The position numbers and the translations under genes are program-made. This document shows positions 24,728 through 36,770 of a stretch of DNA of 64,000 nucleotides, one piece after another. The notes beneath the pieces are model-generated. The model had not been told where the DNA came from. It searched no databases and worked only from the letters and a program-made list of their open reading frames with translations. Source of the DNA: Octopus sinensis (Eukaryota); the NCBI RefSeq assembly GCF_006345805.1, contig NC_043001.1:22878001-22942000 (forward strand), read 5' to 3'. Each line of letters starts with the position of its first letter. The first letter of the stretch is position 1.

Positions 24728-25691
24728 TGTAGAGTACGCTTAGGGAAATTTCTCTCTCTGTCTGTTATATATACATAAATACGGACGTAGTAGGTAACAG
24801 CTAGCCTTCGGCCGCCGTTTTGGACCCTGTTGTGTCCACTACTCTGATTGGTTGGTATTGGCGCAATTTGTCTCTGGCTCTATTGCACGCCAATATGCAA
24901 CCCAACCAATCGCAGCCTTCTAATAAGGTCACGTGAAACAGTCTCTTCTAAACTTCCGTTGAGTCGATAGCACGCTATAAACCTGTAGCTTCACTTTATC
25001 TCGATGTCTTTCGGTTCCAGACCTTTCAGGTCTAGTCACTGACCACACAGCCAGTTCCAGCGATGATACAACAGCAGCCACATGGAGACTCATCAACTTC
25101 ATCCCGCAGCATTCAGTCTCTGTCGCCTCCGTCTTCTTAACGTCATCAACATCATCTCTCTACGTACACAGCAACTAACAACCCTCGCACAGGTCCTATC
25201 TCAACACTGTTTGTGAACTATTTCACCATGGTTAGCAGCAAATACAATCTGTGAGAACTTCCTGTATCAAGTGACCGGCAGCAGCATAGTAGCCACAAAT
25301 TCTTATACGACATGTGCCTCAACCGTCTCTGCATTACTGCCACAACTTCTTGTTACAGCATTTCAACTATCGTGTACCTTGACTACGAACTGGTATTCAT
25401 CATCCTTGTGCCAGAACATTCTTCTAACGTCATATTATAGACTCTTTCAATGCTCTGTACTTAATGCACACGCATACACTTTGTATATATGATGGCCTGT
25501 CTATTATGTATATATGACGCATACACACACGTTAACATATAAATAAAATCTTCTTTAAAACATTCTACCGGTTGTGTCTTTCTTTTTTTTCTGGCACTTA
25601 TACTCATTTATCCTTTTCGTATTTATTGTATCGACCGTGCGATCTACTAAAGGAGCCATTCTCGTCACCTCTCCTCGCACGGTCGTTTACA
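24728..25691 (+). mobile_element. Solo LTR, 964 bp, Ty3/Gypsy-type 4-bp TSD
   Basis: Starts TGTA and ends TACA, flanked by AATC at 24724-24727 and 25692-25695. Internal CCAAT boxes, GGTCACGTGA, TATAAA (24976) and AATAAA (25542). Confidence 0.8.
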
Positions 25692-25936
25692 AATCATTTT
25701 AGTCCATACGCTTTAAATTGCTGTCCCTAAAAATAAAAAGAAGCAAAACAAAATCATTGTTTTTGTCGTCAACTCCTTACTATTTACAAACCCCGCAACT
25801 ATCATTTCTATTACATTATACCCTACCTACATCATCGACAAAACATTCCATTTCAGTTTTCAATGCGTGTATAACAGCTTCTCCTGTTCTGTTTCTCTGT
25901 TCATTAATGACTTGTAGACACACGGCATTTAATATA

Positions 25937-26166
25937 CGGTAATCCCTCGCCATATCGCGGTTCATCTATCACGGTTTCATTATTTAAGCTTACGTCGATT
26001 CCTCTCTGGTGTTGTTTTGCGTTTATAATAAAATAAATATATACAAATTATGAAAATAATTTTTAAAATGTACAGTACAGTACTGTTTCTACTTCGCGGA
26101 TTTTCGCCTTTCGCTGTTGTGGTGGTGGTTTGGAACGTAATACCCGCGATAGTCGAGGGAATACCG
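25937..26166. mobile_element. Tigger/pogo-like MITE, 230 bp, TA TSD
   Basis: TA|CGGTAATCCCTCGCCATATCGCGG ... CCGCGATAGTCGAGGGAATACCG|TA. Confidence 0.85.
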
Positions 26167-26442
26167 TACTACAAAATATATTACACGTTTTTATAAGTCA
26201 ATACCCTGTACTACTGTTTTAGCAGTGCAATTAAATCACGTGTTAAGGTCATCTCTACAGATTTCCTATAGAAATTATAACCAGCATCTGATTTTGTTAC
26301 AAAGGTTTGTATCGGAGACGTCAGCTATAAACAAACAATGAGATCGAAGATGAAGCTCCTTCGCCGCTCGTTCTCTCCCCTCTCTCTCTCATCTTCGCCT
26401 TTCGTAGCTGTCTCCATCACCAGAATAGCAACAGACAACAGC

Positions 26443-26635
26443 TGTGGAGGCGCAATGGCCCAGTGGTTAGAGCAGCGGACTCGCGGTCATAAGAACGCGG
26501 TTTCGATTCCCAGACTGGGCATTATGAGTGTTTATTGAGCAAAAACACCTAAGCTCCATGAGGCTCCATCGGGGAGGGGTGGTGAACTCCGCTGTACTAT
26601 TTCACCACAACTTTCTCTCACTCTTTCTTCCTACT
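26443..26635 (+). mobile_element. SINE family C, 5' part
   Basis: GGAGGCGCAATGGCCCAGTGGTTAGAGCAGCGGACTCGCGG...GGTTTCGATTCCC. Confidence 0.8.
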
Positions 26636-27639
26636 TCTGTCACAAAGTAGAGTGGTGTAACCCACTATGGTGTGGTAAACTTTCAGACCCTAGTCTAGAT
26701 TGCGAATCCTCAGTATCCCAGAATGGTTCAGCTCTCAACCCGTTAAAAGCCACAGTTTACGGAATGAGGATAACAACGTAACTTTCGCATACGTGCAACC
26801 GCCAGTCTAACGTGTGTGGCCGTCTAAATTTTAGAGCTCTTCAGCAGAGAGTCAAAACAAGCGCTATCGAAAATCGAACAAAGCATTTCTAGAATGAAGT
26901 AAGCGCTGGCGGTCAAGATTGATATTTTGTCACGAATCTCAGTTAATCCTTTGACAAAAGATCTTTGTACCTATTCTAAAAGAAATAGTTTTATGAATGA
27001 AGTGCATGCTGTAGATCAAAGAGCTATGATTTCTGTTGAGCAGGGCTCAGAATTCTGTTTTGATTACGAGCGATACTTTTAAGAAGGTCACTTAAATAAT
27101 CAAATCTTATTCACGAATTTTGTGCTTAAGTAAAAGTTGTTTATTTGAAGAAAGAAAGCCATTGAGTTAATGCACATAGCTAAATAATCTATTGTATCTA
27201 GTTTTCTGAATAAGAAATTAATTGTTTAGCGTTTAGTTTGCACAGCTACCGGGTTTGTCTTTTCTTCGTCTGTGGTCGATAAAATAAGAATCAGTAATAT
27301 ATTGATCTGCTGAAGAGAGAATAGACATTTCTAACAAAATTAATCTAACTTTAGTCGAAATAGTCTAAACAAATCGATATTTCGCGAATGAAACATTGAT
27401 TATATATTGATAATCAAGTAGATATTGCAGCAACATCTTAATGGCTTTTACGGTTGAATCGCCAAACAAACTATCACAAGATAAATCTACAGATAAAAAC
27501 GTATTCTGTAAAAATTGAAAGTGTTATACAAACGGGATGTGTTTATCGCAAAGATAGACACAATTAAAAAAGAAAAATAGATAAAAAAGACAACAGAATA
27601 AATAATGCCATTTTAAAAAATCATTATTTAGTATTTTTT

Positions 27640-28035
27640 AAGGCGGTGAGCTTGCAGAAACGTTTGCATGCCGGGCGAAATGCTTAGCGGCATTTCGTCT
27701 GCCGTTACGTTCTGAGTTCAAATTCCATCGAGGTCAACTTTGCCTTTCATCCTTTCGGAGTCGATTAATTAAGTACCAGTTACGCACTGGGGTCGATGTA
27801 ATCGACTTAATCCCTTTGTCCTTGTTTGTCCCCTCTGTGTTTAGCCCCTTGTGGGCAATAAAGAAATATAAAACGTTAGCACACCGGGCAAAATGCTTAG
27901 CGGCATTTCGTCCGTCTTTACGTTCTGAAATCAAATTCCGTCGAGACCAGTAAAATAAGTACCAGTCAAGTACTGGGGTCGTGTAGTCGATTAACCCCCT
28001 CCCACCAAACTTCTGTCCTTGTGCCTATAGTAGAA
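27640..28035 (+). mobile_element. Two tandem SINE family A copies
   Basis: Full copy 27640-27870; second copy 27872-28035 with the alternative tail. Confidence 0.85.
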
Positions 28036-28669
28036 AAGAATATTGTTTTATTTACACGAATTTTACTCTAATACTGCCAAGCTGTTTGGCCAAGGTCTAG
28101 CATGTTTTTGCAACTCATTTTTTTTTATCTAGCTAATGCCTATAACAAAATAGCACTTTTTACATCCAAAAATGATAAGCAAAAGATCGAAGTTTCAAAG
28201 AAATTATGCCGACTTTTGCCTTCCATCTTTTCAGGGTCGGTAAAATAAGATATTTTGTCACGAATCTCAGTTAATCCTTTGACAAAAGGTCTTTGTATCT
28301 AGTCTAAAAGAAATAAATAGTTTTATGAATGAAGTGCATGCTGTAGATCAAAGAGCAATAATTTTTGCTGAGCAGGGTTCAGAATTCTGTTTTGATTACG
28401 AGCAATACTTTTAAGAAGGTCACTTAAATAATCAAATCTTATTCACGAATTTTGTGCTTAAGTAAAAGTTGTTTATTTGAAGAAAGTTGTACCAAGAGAA
28501 GATTATGGTCGGTTGTCACTAATGTTTTATTGCTGGGAAAAGAAATATCGAAAAACTTGAAGGCAAATATAGAAAATGGAAGAATAAATGACCACCATCA
28601 TTAAATCGCGAGCAACCAGTTTCCTTCCAGTTAGCGATTTCTGATTTAGACTCAAAGCTATCAATATTG

Positions 28670-29352
28670 GTGGTAGATGGACTAGTCCATTACATCGACC
28701 ACAATATTCCATTTTACTGACCCTGAATAGACAAAAGGCAAAGTTGAACTCTGCAGGATTTGAACTCCGAACGTAAAGATCCGGAACAAAAATCACAAAG
28801 CATTTTTCCGACACTCTATCGATTCTAGAAATCCACCGCTTTAGTTTTCTTCCTGATAATGATAGATTAAATGAACCTGGTGAATGTTTATTGATCAAGA
28901 TTAGGACATTTTGCCTAATACATTGTAACCCTTTCATCCTTTCGGGGTCGATTAAATAAGTACCTATTTCTTTATTACCCACAAGGGGCTAAACATAGAA
29001 GGGACAAACAAGGACAGACATAGGTTTTACGTCGATAACATCGACCCCAGTGCATAACTGGTACTTAATTTATCGACCCCGAAAGGATGAAAGGTAAAGT
29101 CAACCTCGGTGGAATTTGAACTCACAACGTAACGGCAGACGAAATACCGCTAAGCATTTCGCCCGACGTGCTAACGTTTCTACCAGCTCTCCGCCTTCAT
29201 TACATTGACCACAATATTCCATTTTACTGACCCTGAATGGGTCGATTAAATAAGTACCAGTTACGCACTGGGGTCGATGTAATCGACTTTATCCCTTTGT
29301 CTGTCCTTGTTTGTCCCATCTGTGTTTAGCCCCCTGTGGTCAATAAAGAAAT
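28670..29352. mobile_element. Rearranged cluster of SINE family A copies in both orientations
   Basis: Minus copies at about 28670-28850 and 28965-29200, plus fragments at 28930 and 29238-29352. A 40-bp flank is duplicated (28688 and 29198). Confidence 0.75.
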
Positions 29353-29966
29353 AACTATCTCACTTCTTGTAATGTTCCAAGAATGCGTTTAATATCCGAG
29401 CCACAAATTGGATATTAATAGAATTGATCTGGTGTTTCATAAAGAAGAGGATCTATGTGCATTCCTCTATCGACCTTGAGAAAGAGCAAAATATATTTAT
29501 CGGAGTCTTTTTTCAAGTCAGATGGCAACATACTGTAATTAAAGACTTAAAACCGTGTGGGTGTGTATAAAATATACGTAGAAATGAACGTTCTAAATTG
29601 ATCTACAAAAACCAGTTTTGAAAGCTTTTTGTTAAGATTTCATTATCTTCATAAAAACTCATGGAATGTGTAATTCCATCAACATTGGTAAAAATATGTG
29701 CTTATATGAGGTTTCCAGGCATCTCTGTTACAGTGAATTTAAGCATTATAATTATTTCCCCAGGTTTAAAGAGCATTCTTTTAATTCTTACTTCCGTAAG
29801 GAAATGAAGATAACTAAAATATCTCGCAAATGTTTTATTTTTAAGTGAGATTAACGAAGGTCGGAGGAAATGGTTCATTCAAAATGGTTATGGATTATGT
29901 ATTTGTATCAATATTTATCTTTAAGGCACCTGCGGAAAGTAGATTAACAACTAACTGTAGGAAATA

Positions 29967-30524
29967 TTGTGTTGTCCGAAAAGTTCGTGCCGATTTATAG
30001 TAGTTTACCTTTCGACTTATTTTAGAACATGGTTTTTGAGTCCATAAAATAGGATTTGACTACACCTCCATTTAGAGAACAGTTTAAGTTATCTTTTCGT
30101 GGAAGAAGATTTATGTTCCTATAACCCGTGTTAATTCTGTAACCCTTTAAAATGGAAGATAAGAAAGTTCATTTTCGGCACTTGATGCTTTGGGAACCAG
30201 ACAAAAAATTGCTGCAGCTCGGCTGGGATGTGTTACCCCACCCTCCATATTCACCGGATATTGCTCCTTCGGATTTCCACTTATTCAGGTCTCTGCAGAA
30301 TAGTCTTAATGGTAAAAATTTCAATTCCTTGGATGACATAAAAAGATACCTTGATGAATTCTTTGCCATGAAACCACCTCAATTCTAGGAAGAGGGTATT
30401 TCAAATTAAAGGCGCATTGTGCAACAAAATGGTTCATATTTGGTAGATTAAAAATGTAAAGGCAAGTATTTATTGACATTTTTCTTTCCTTTAAAAATCG
30501 GCACGAACTTTCCGGACAAACTAA
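29967..30524 (+). mobile_element. Internally deleted mariner, 558 bp, both TIRs, TA TSD
   Basis: TTGTGTTGTCCGAAAAGTTCGTGCCGATT / AATCGGCACGAACTTTCCGGACAAACTAA. ORF 30152-30388 fuses MEDKKVHFRHLML to WDVLPHPPYSPDIAPSDFHLFRSLQ. Confidence 0.9.
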
Positions 30525-30559
30525 TATAACTTCTATTATCAAAACGTTTAGTAGCAATG

Positions 30560-30780
30560 AAGGTGGTGAGCTGGCACAATCGTTAGCGCTCCGGGCAAAA
30601 TGCTTAGCGACATTTCGCCCGTCTTTGCGTTCTGAGTTCAAATTCTGTCGAGGTTGATTTTGCCTTTCATCCTTTCGAGGTCGATAAAATTATATCGACC
30701 TCAGTTGAGTACTGGGGTTGATATAATTAATTTAACCCCGTCTCGAACTTGCTGGCTTTGTGCAAAAGTTTGACACCAAT
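30560..30780 (+). mobile_element. SINE family A
   Basis: GGTGGTGAGCTGGCACAATCG...GAGTTCAAATTC...GGTCGATAAAAT. Confidence 0.8.
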
Positions 30781-31715
30781 ATTAGTAGCAGTTATTGGAA
30801 CGAATTTTAGGACTATAGACAGGAATAACTCTTACATATACCCCTCACTCACTGATACAAGCATAGCTGACACATGATTATGCATCCGTATTGGTTTTTA
30901 TTTAGAGCAGATTTGGGAAAGAGTTACAAAACCAGGTGTGAATTTTAGGACTATAGTCAGGAATGTACCCCTCACTCACACACACAAGCATAGCGGACAC
31001 ATGCGAATGCATACGTATTGGCTTTTATTTAGAGCAGATTTGGGAAAGATTAACAAGACCAGGTGCAAATTGCAAGTGTGTAAAAGCCTATGGTGGTAGA
31101 CTTGTACCAAAAAAAAAAAGACAAATCAATAACTTTAGAAATTCCCAGGCTTGCAACTTACATAAAATTACTATTTGTGGTCTTTAAACTTAAACCGTCT
31201 TTTTTTATGGCGTTTTAGAGACTCCATCAGTGAGTGGTTTCAAATTAGGAAGCGAATGATATTTTATCCACAGGCAAGGAGTTCCACACTCTGCTTTCGA
31301 GAATAACCACTGATCATAGGCAAGGAAACTTCTATTTTTAGCAGCTTCCTTTTTAGTTTGTGTATTTGTGTCCAGTTTCGAAACATGCGGTTAATTACAA
31401 CTAATTAACGTTCATATTATAACCTGAGATTATGGGTATAAGGACAGGTTGGATATTATATAACAATGGAGACTTCACATAGCTTTACATATTTGCTTTA
31501 TTTGTATTATCTTTTTTTACTTGCTGAGTCTGGTGGAAGCGGGTAGTGACTATAACATTTATAGGTCTTCTGATGCTGATGAGTTTGTTGTTAATATTCC
31601 GCTTAAAATATTGCATTTTAATACCCGCAGCACAGAGGTGAACAACGGAGAAGATTCCAGTGGGGAGATCGTCTGAAGGACAAGGAGTGAGATTAGTGAT
31701 TACGGTGGGGTCGGA

Positions 31716-31717
<2 letters not shown>

Positions 31718-31784
<67 letters not shown>

Positions 31785-32250
31785 GAGTGAGAGAGCAGTG
31801 CATGCCATCAAAGTGACACTGGGGTAAAATATACGAAGCCCAGTATACCCATCATGACTACCCGTCTGATAAGGGTACATCAGGCACATGCATCACAACC
31901 ATGTGTGCGCGATATGGTGATCTCATATCAAGATAAACAGCACATGACCTTGCAGGTGGGGCCCAGTTAGAATTTTCTTCTGGTCGAGTAACCCATCCCA
32001 CTCAGAAGGTCCCTGAATAAGGGTTGTTTAAGGATGTTGAACGAAACATCGATGTTTCCAGAGGTGAATTATTCAAGCCCCAAAGAATCCCTCTCAACAT
32101 ATGGCTATGATGCTCCCCCACTACTTCTGCTTGTGATCAGAGATGTACATATCGTCAGCCACTAAGCGACATGCTCAACTGGTTAAGGTCAAACAACTGG
32201 CAAGCAAATCTCTTGCATTGAGCAGAATATTTGCTGTAACACATCTTTTA
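31718..32250 (-). mobile_element. Non-coding about-550-bp retroelement family with a (TAA)n tail, 5'-truncated copy
   Basis: Near-identical to 41030-41585 and to 42784-43025 (opposite strand); (ATT)n at 31718-31783. Confidence 0.75.
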
Positions 32251-32254
32251 TACC

Positions 32255-32420
32255 ACTATTATTATTATTATTATTATTATTATCATTATTATTATTATTA
32301 CTATTACTATTACTATTATTATTACTATTATTATTATTATTATTACTATTACTATTACTATTATTATTATTATTATTATTATCACTATTACTTTTATTAT
32401 TATTATTATTAATTTTTTAA

Positions 32421-32492
<72 letters not shown>

Positions 32493-32505
32493 TATTATTA
32501 TTATT
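32255..32505. repeat. (TTA)n/(CTA)n array
   Basis: Direct reading. Confidence 0.95.
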
Positions 32506-32519
32506 TAAGAGGAATACGA

Positions 32520-33445
32520 GAGGTGGAGAGACTAGCTAGACTTAAGGAACAGAAACCATTACAGTAGCAATTAGCATTATTTCTCTTTATCTCTGGTTTT
32601 GTTGTAACTCATGGAGTCTTGCTTGCACAGCGGGCTTGCTGCTTGCAGCCTACGTTAACATGATATCTGGTTCTTTTCAACTATCTAATACTCCCCTGAT
32701 TATTCTGTCCCCAAAGACCCAACAATAATTGACACTATCTTCACCTTCTTCATTTTCCATAGTCGAACTATTTCGTGCTTAAGAGGATTGTATTTATCTA
32801 TCTTCAACACCTTCCTTCTTGACTATTCGTGAGTCAAAGGGGCACACAACGTCAACTATATAGCACATGTGGTGTATCTTGTCGACCACCACTAGGTCGG
32901 TCTGTTATGATCTAGCACCTGATCTGCTTGGATTGGTAAATCCCAGGGTATTTTACTGGTCTCCGACTCTGTCACTCTCTGCGGTTTGTGCTCATAACCA
33001 CGTCTAGCCTCTCCCTAGCCCCAACTTTTCGCACCGTTTCCAACGTAGCACTTTCGCTACCTTATCGTATCGCCATAACTTGTAGTGGTTTTAGGAAATT
33101 CTAGGACATTCGTTCGTATTATGATTTCGTTAGCTCTATTACAGATGCGGCATTATTATCATTATTATTAATATTTCTTTTATCTGAAGCTTTTTTTGTA
33201 ATTCCCGGAGTCTTGCATGCGTAGCAGGCTTGCTGCCTGCAGACTGTGGTACCATGCTAGCTGTTCTTTTCAACTATCTAATACTTACCTGATTATTCTG
33301 GCCGTGCCAAGGGGGCAAACCTTTTGTAATAGTTGTACAGGGTACTCTATTCCGATTTCCTTTATATTCTTTGTGGTAAGTATATATTCTGATACTATCC
33401 CCAAGGAACCAACAATAATTGGCACTATCTTCACCGTTTTCATTA
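32520..33445 (-). mobile_element. Two stacked 3' ends of one R4/Dong-like LINE family (32520-33110 and 33180-33445)
   Basis: YKLWRYDKVAKVL...DLVVVDKIHHMCYIVDVVCPFDSRI and KIVPIIVGSLG...LLQKVCPLGTARIIR; both carry the same 3' UTR (GAAAAGAAC...GCAAGACTCC). Confidence 0.75.
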
Positions 33446-33569
33446 CTATTATTATTCGACTTTGCCTTTCATCCTTTCGGGGTCGATAAATTAAGTACCA
33501 GGGAGGGGGGTCGACGTAATAATCTCAACCCTCCCTCAAAATTGCAGCCGTTGTGGCAAAATTTGAAAC

Positions 33570-33624
<55 letters not shown>

Positions 33625-33627
<3 letters not shown>

Positions 33628-34850
33628 TAGTTTTATTTTTATAACGTGCTTTCACTTCACTACCGAGCACAGCTCTGTGTTCCTTGGGTATGTGCTGTGG
33701 TTTGCTCTGATGCTCTTATGGTTACTGTATTGTGTAGGATGTGTGCAGTGCCCAGTAGTTCAATTTTCTGTATGTTATATATATTTGGAAGTCGTGGTGT
33801 TTTTGATATGTATTTGCCTGCATATTTTTTATCATATCTAATGCGCCCACTATAATAGGAATTGTTTCTATTTTTAGATTCCACATTCGAGTTACCTCTA
33901 TTTCCAGGTCTTTGTATTTTGAAAGTTTCTCCATTTCTTTTAGAGAAACATTGTCATCTGTTGGTATTGATACATCAATTAGAAAGCATTTTTTCTTCAT
34001 GATCTCTGAAAACTATATTTGGCCTATTGACCTTAATTTCTCTATCTGTGTGTATTGGCATATCCCAGAGTATGGTTGCTTTCTCGTTTTCTGTGACCTT
34101 TTTGGCGTGTGCCTATACCATCTTTTTTCTGTTATTATTCCATAGTGTTGGCATAGCTTCCAGTGTATGTAGGTCCCAACTCTGTCGTGTCTGTGAATAT
34201 ATTCCTTCTTAGCCAGAACTGGGCAGCCAGAGATAATGTGATTTATGGTTTTTTTGTCCATCTCCCCATATTCTGCAGTTACTTGTTATGTTTCTTTTCA
34301 TTATATGTTTTTGGTAATTTCTAGGTGGGGAGGCTTTGGTCTTGTGCTGTAATTAAAAATCCTTCAGTCTTTGCTTTGAGTCCTGGGCTTCTCGATCAAT
34401 GCTGGGATTTTTCTTTGTCTATTTCTTTTGCATTTAGTTTAGCCCAATATTTGCCATGAAGGGGTTTTTCTTGCCATCATTTTATCATGGTCCGTTGCTG
34501 TTCTAGTTTTAGTTTGGATTTCATTTGTTTTCTAGCTTTTGTTTCTTCTTCTTCTTCTTCTTCTTCTTCTTCTTCTTCTTCTTCTTCTTCTTCTTCTTCT
34601 TCTTCTTTGTTAGGTACTATGACTTCTTGTTTGTATTTATCAGCTTCCTTTAATACTGCAAACAGTTTTTTGTTTTGCTCGTGTTTTGTGGCTATTTGTA
34701 TTAGTTTTCCTTGCTTCTGAGGAAGGTATTTTTGCAGTCCTATGGTGGTTATTTTATAATAGTTTTCCAGCTGTATAAGGCCTCTACCACCTCTAATACG
34801 TTGTTTATATAGCCTTTCTATGTCAGATTTTGGGTGGTGCATTCAAGATC
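33625..34850 (-). mobile_element. R4/Dong-like LINE, 5'-truncated, ending in a (TAA)n tail
   Basis: [10 protein letters not shown]...GGRGL, KPLHG, AQDQSL, HIISGCPVLAKKEYIHRHD, LIDVSIPTD...KLSKYKDL...PIIVGAL, LLGTAHIL; (GAA)n expansion inside the ORF. Confidence 0.9.
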
Positions 34851-34980
34851 CTGCCATTATTTTTCTTGTTGAACTGTTTAATAACTTAAATCATATACTT
34901 AATATACATACATACATACATACATACATACATACATACATACATACATACATACATACATACATACATACATACACACA

Positions 34981-35063
<83 letters not shown>

Positions 35064-35194
35064 GTTTGCATATATGTATATATAAAGATGGTTTGTTTAA
35101 GACGAGCAATTGTATCTATTTGTATTATGAACTTATATGGTGATTTATTTTTAATCCATCAGTCATTTTTAAACGTATTATATATTTTTAAGGA

Positions 35195-35490
35195 GCATGG
35201 CTCAGCGGTTTGAGCGTCGGGTTCACAATCATGAGATAGTGAGTTCGATTCTCGGACCGGGCTGCATGTTGTGTTCTTGAGCAAGATACTTTATTTCACG
35301 TTGCTCCAGTTCACTGAGATGTAGAAATTAGTTGCGACGTCAATTGGTACCGAGTTGTATCGGCCTTTGCGGTACAGGAAATATATATGAAAGAGATAAC
35401 ATCGGTGGCTGGTATGCATGGGCGACTGCATCGGAGGGCAACTTTGAAGGTGCAGTCTCATAGTCATTCATGACCGAAGGGGGTCTTTAC
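35195..35490 (+). mobile_element. SINE family D
   Basis: GCATGGCTCAGCGG, GAGTTCGATTC, GTGTTCTTGAGCAAGATACTTTATTTCACG. Confidence 0.8.
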
Positions 35491-36574
35491 TCTTTTATGT
35501 ATTTTTACCCAAGAAAATTAAACTTGCTTATATAGAAAATTCTAATTTATAGTTATCGTTACATTTAATGTTTTTCTTGGGTATTGATATTTGTGTTTGA
35601 AAACCATTGGCTAATTCAGAACTTCAACTCAATCTATATTCACTCTTAATCGTGCGGCCAACTGTCTCCATACCATAGATCTGCTCAGTCAGTGCTAACC
35701 TGGGATCCTGTGATGCATTAACAGCAGCAACAACCAATAAATTCGTATTAGGTTTCTCGCCGGATACTAATTGCACTTCTTATCATTAAACCAACGATAT
35801 TTTAGCAGCCTGCACTATTCCATAAAATGTTTTCATTCCATCCACCTAATACAGTTGTATATGCAACCTCTATAAATATCACTGTAGTTTCTTGTACTTT
35901 CATCCACTACAAAAACTTCCGTGCTTGTGCAATTTATAGAGAAAATCATGCAAGTATATCATATTTCATTTTGCACCCACACAGTCTAACAACAACCGGA
36001 TTTTCCTCACTTCTATTTAAGACATCACTGAATATAGCATAGTTCTTCACAATAGATATATTATGTATAGAAATATATTTTTATAATATATTATTAGATA
36101 ACTATGTAGCTATTGTTGTCGTTTGTAAAATAGAACGAATTAAAATTAACTTTACAACTTTAGTGGTCCTTGTAGTGAAAAACAAAGCAATTGTAAATCA
36201 ATTATATTTCTTTGGGACTACCTGCTGTGTTCTGGCAGTCTCTTCCCCTTGGGTAAGAAGCTGCAGGAAGTCATAGCAAAAAGAATTATCATTGTGATTC
36301 CTTTATTTGACTTGGAATTTATAAAAAAAAACATCAAAAATCTTAGGGAATAATAACGTAGTTACGAGAAAAACATTGGGGAGGCAGATTACTGCAGTTT
36401 TATAAGGATTGCCGGCAGTTGTAAACATTTTCATAGTGATTCTTGTCAAAAATTTTCTGTGAATTTTGCTAAAAGCTATTTTCAGTCTTTCAAAATTATT
36501 TTTAGCTTCACAAACAACAATCCCAAATTCTCAATCCCCACCTTGTTTTGATGAGAAATAAGTATTCTTATTTA

Positions 36575-36770
36575 GGAGCAAGGCCAGCAGTTTTATAGGG
36601 AGAAAGAATTTGTCAATTAAATCGACTCCAGTACTTGATTGACACTTTATTAGATTGACCCCGGAGGGACGAAAGATAAAGTTATCTTGGCGGAATTTGA
36701 ATTCAGAAATACCATCAAGCATCCCCCCACCCCAGACAATCTAACGATTCTGCCTGCTCGCCACCTTCTA
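36575..36770 (-). mobile_element. SINE family A, diverged
   Basis: CTTGGCGGAATTTGAATTCAGAA core. Confidence 0.65.

Noticed and set aside
34545-34606. Poly-Glu tract as a functional domain
   Set aside because: (GAA)n expansion within a dead LINE ORF that has stops and frameshifts downstream.
35560-36060. Faint APE endonuclease motifs (VQET) on the minus strand
   Set aside because: Too decayed to support by eye.
36163-36251. Possible 89-nt exon (AG...GTAAG) with an open frame
   Set aside because: No partner exons and an unrecognised peptide; such site pairs are common by chance.
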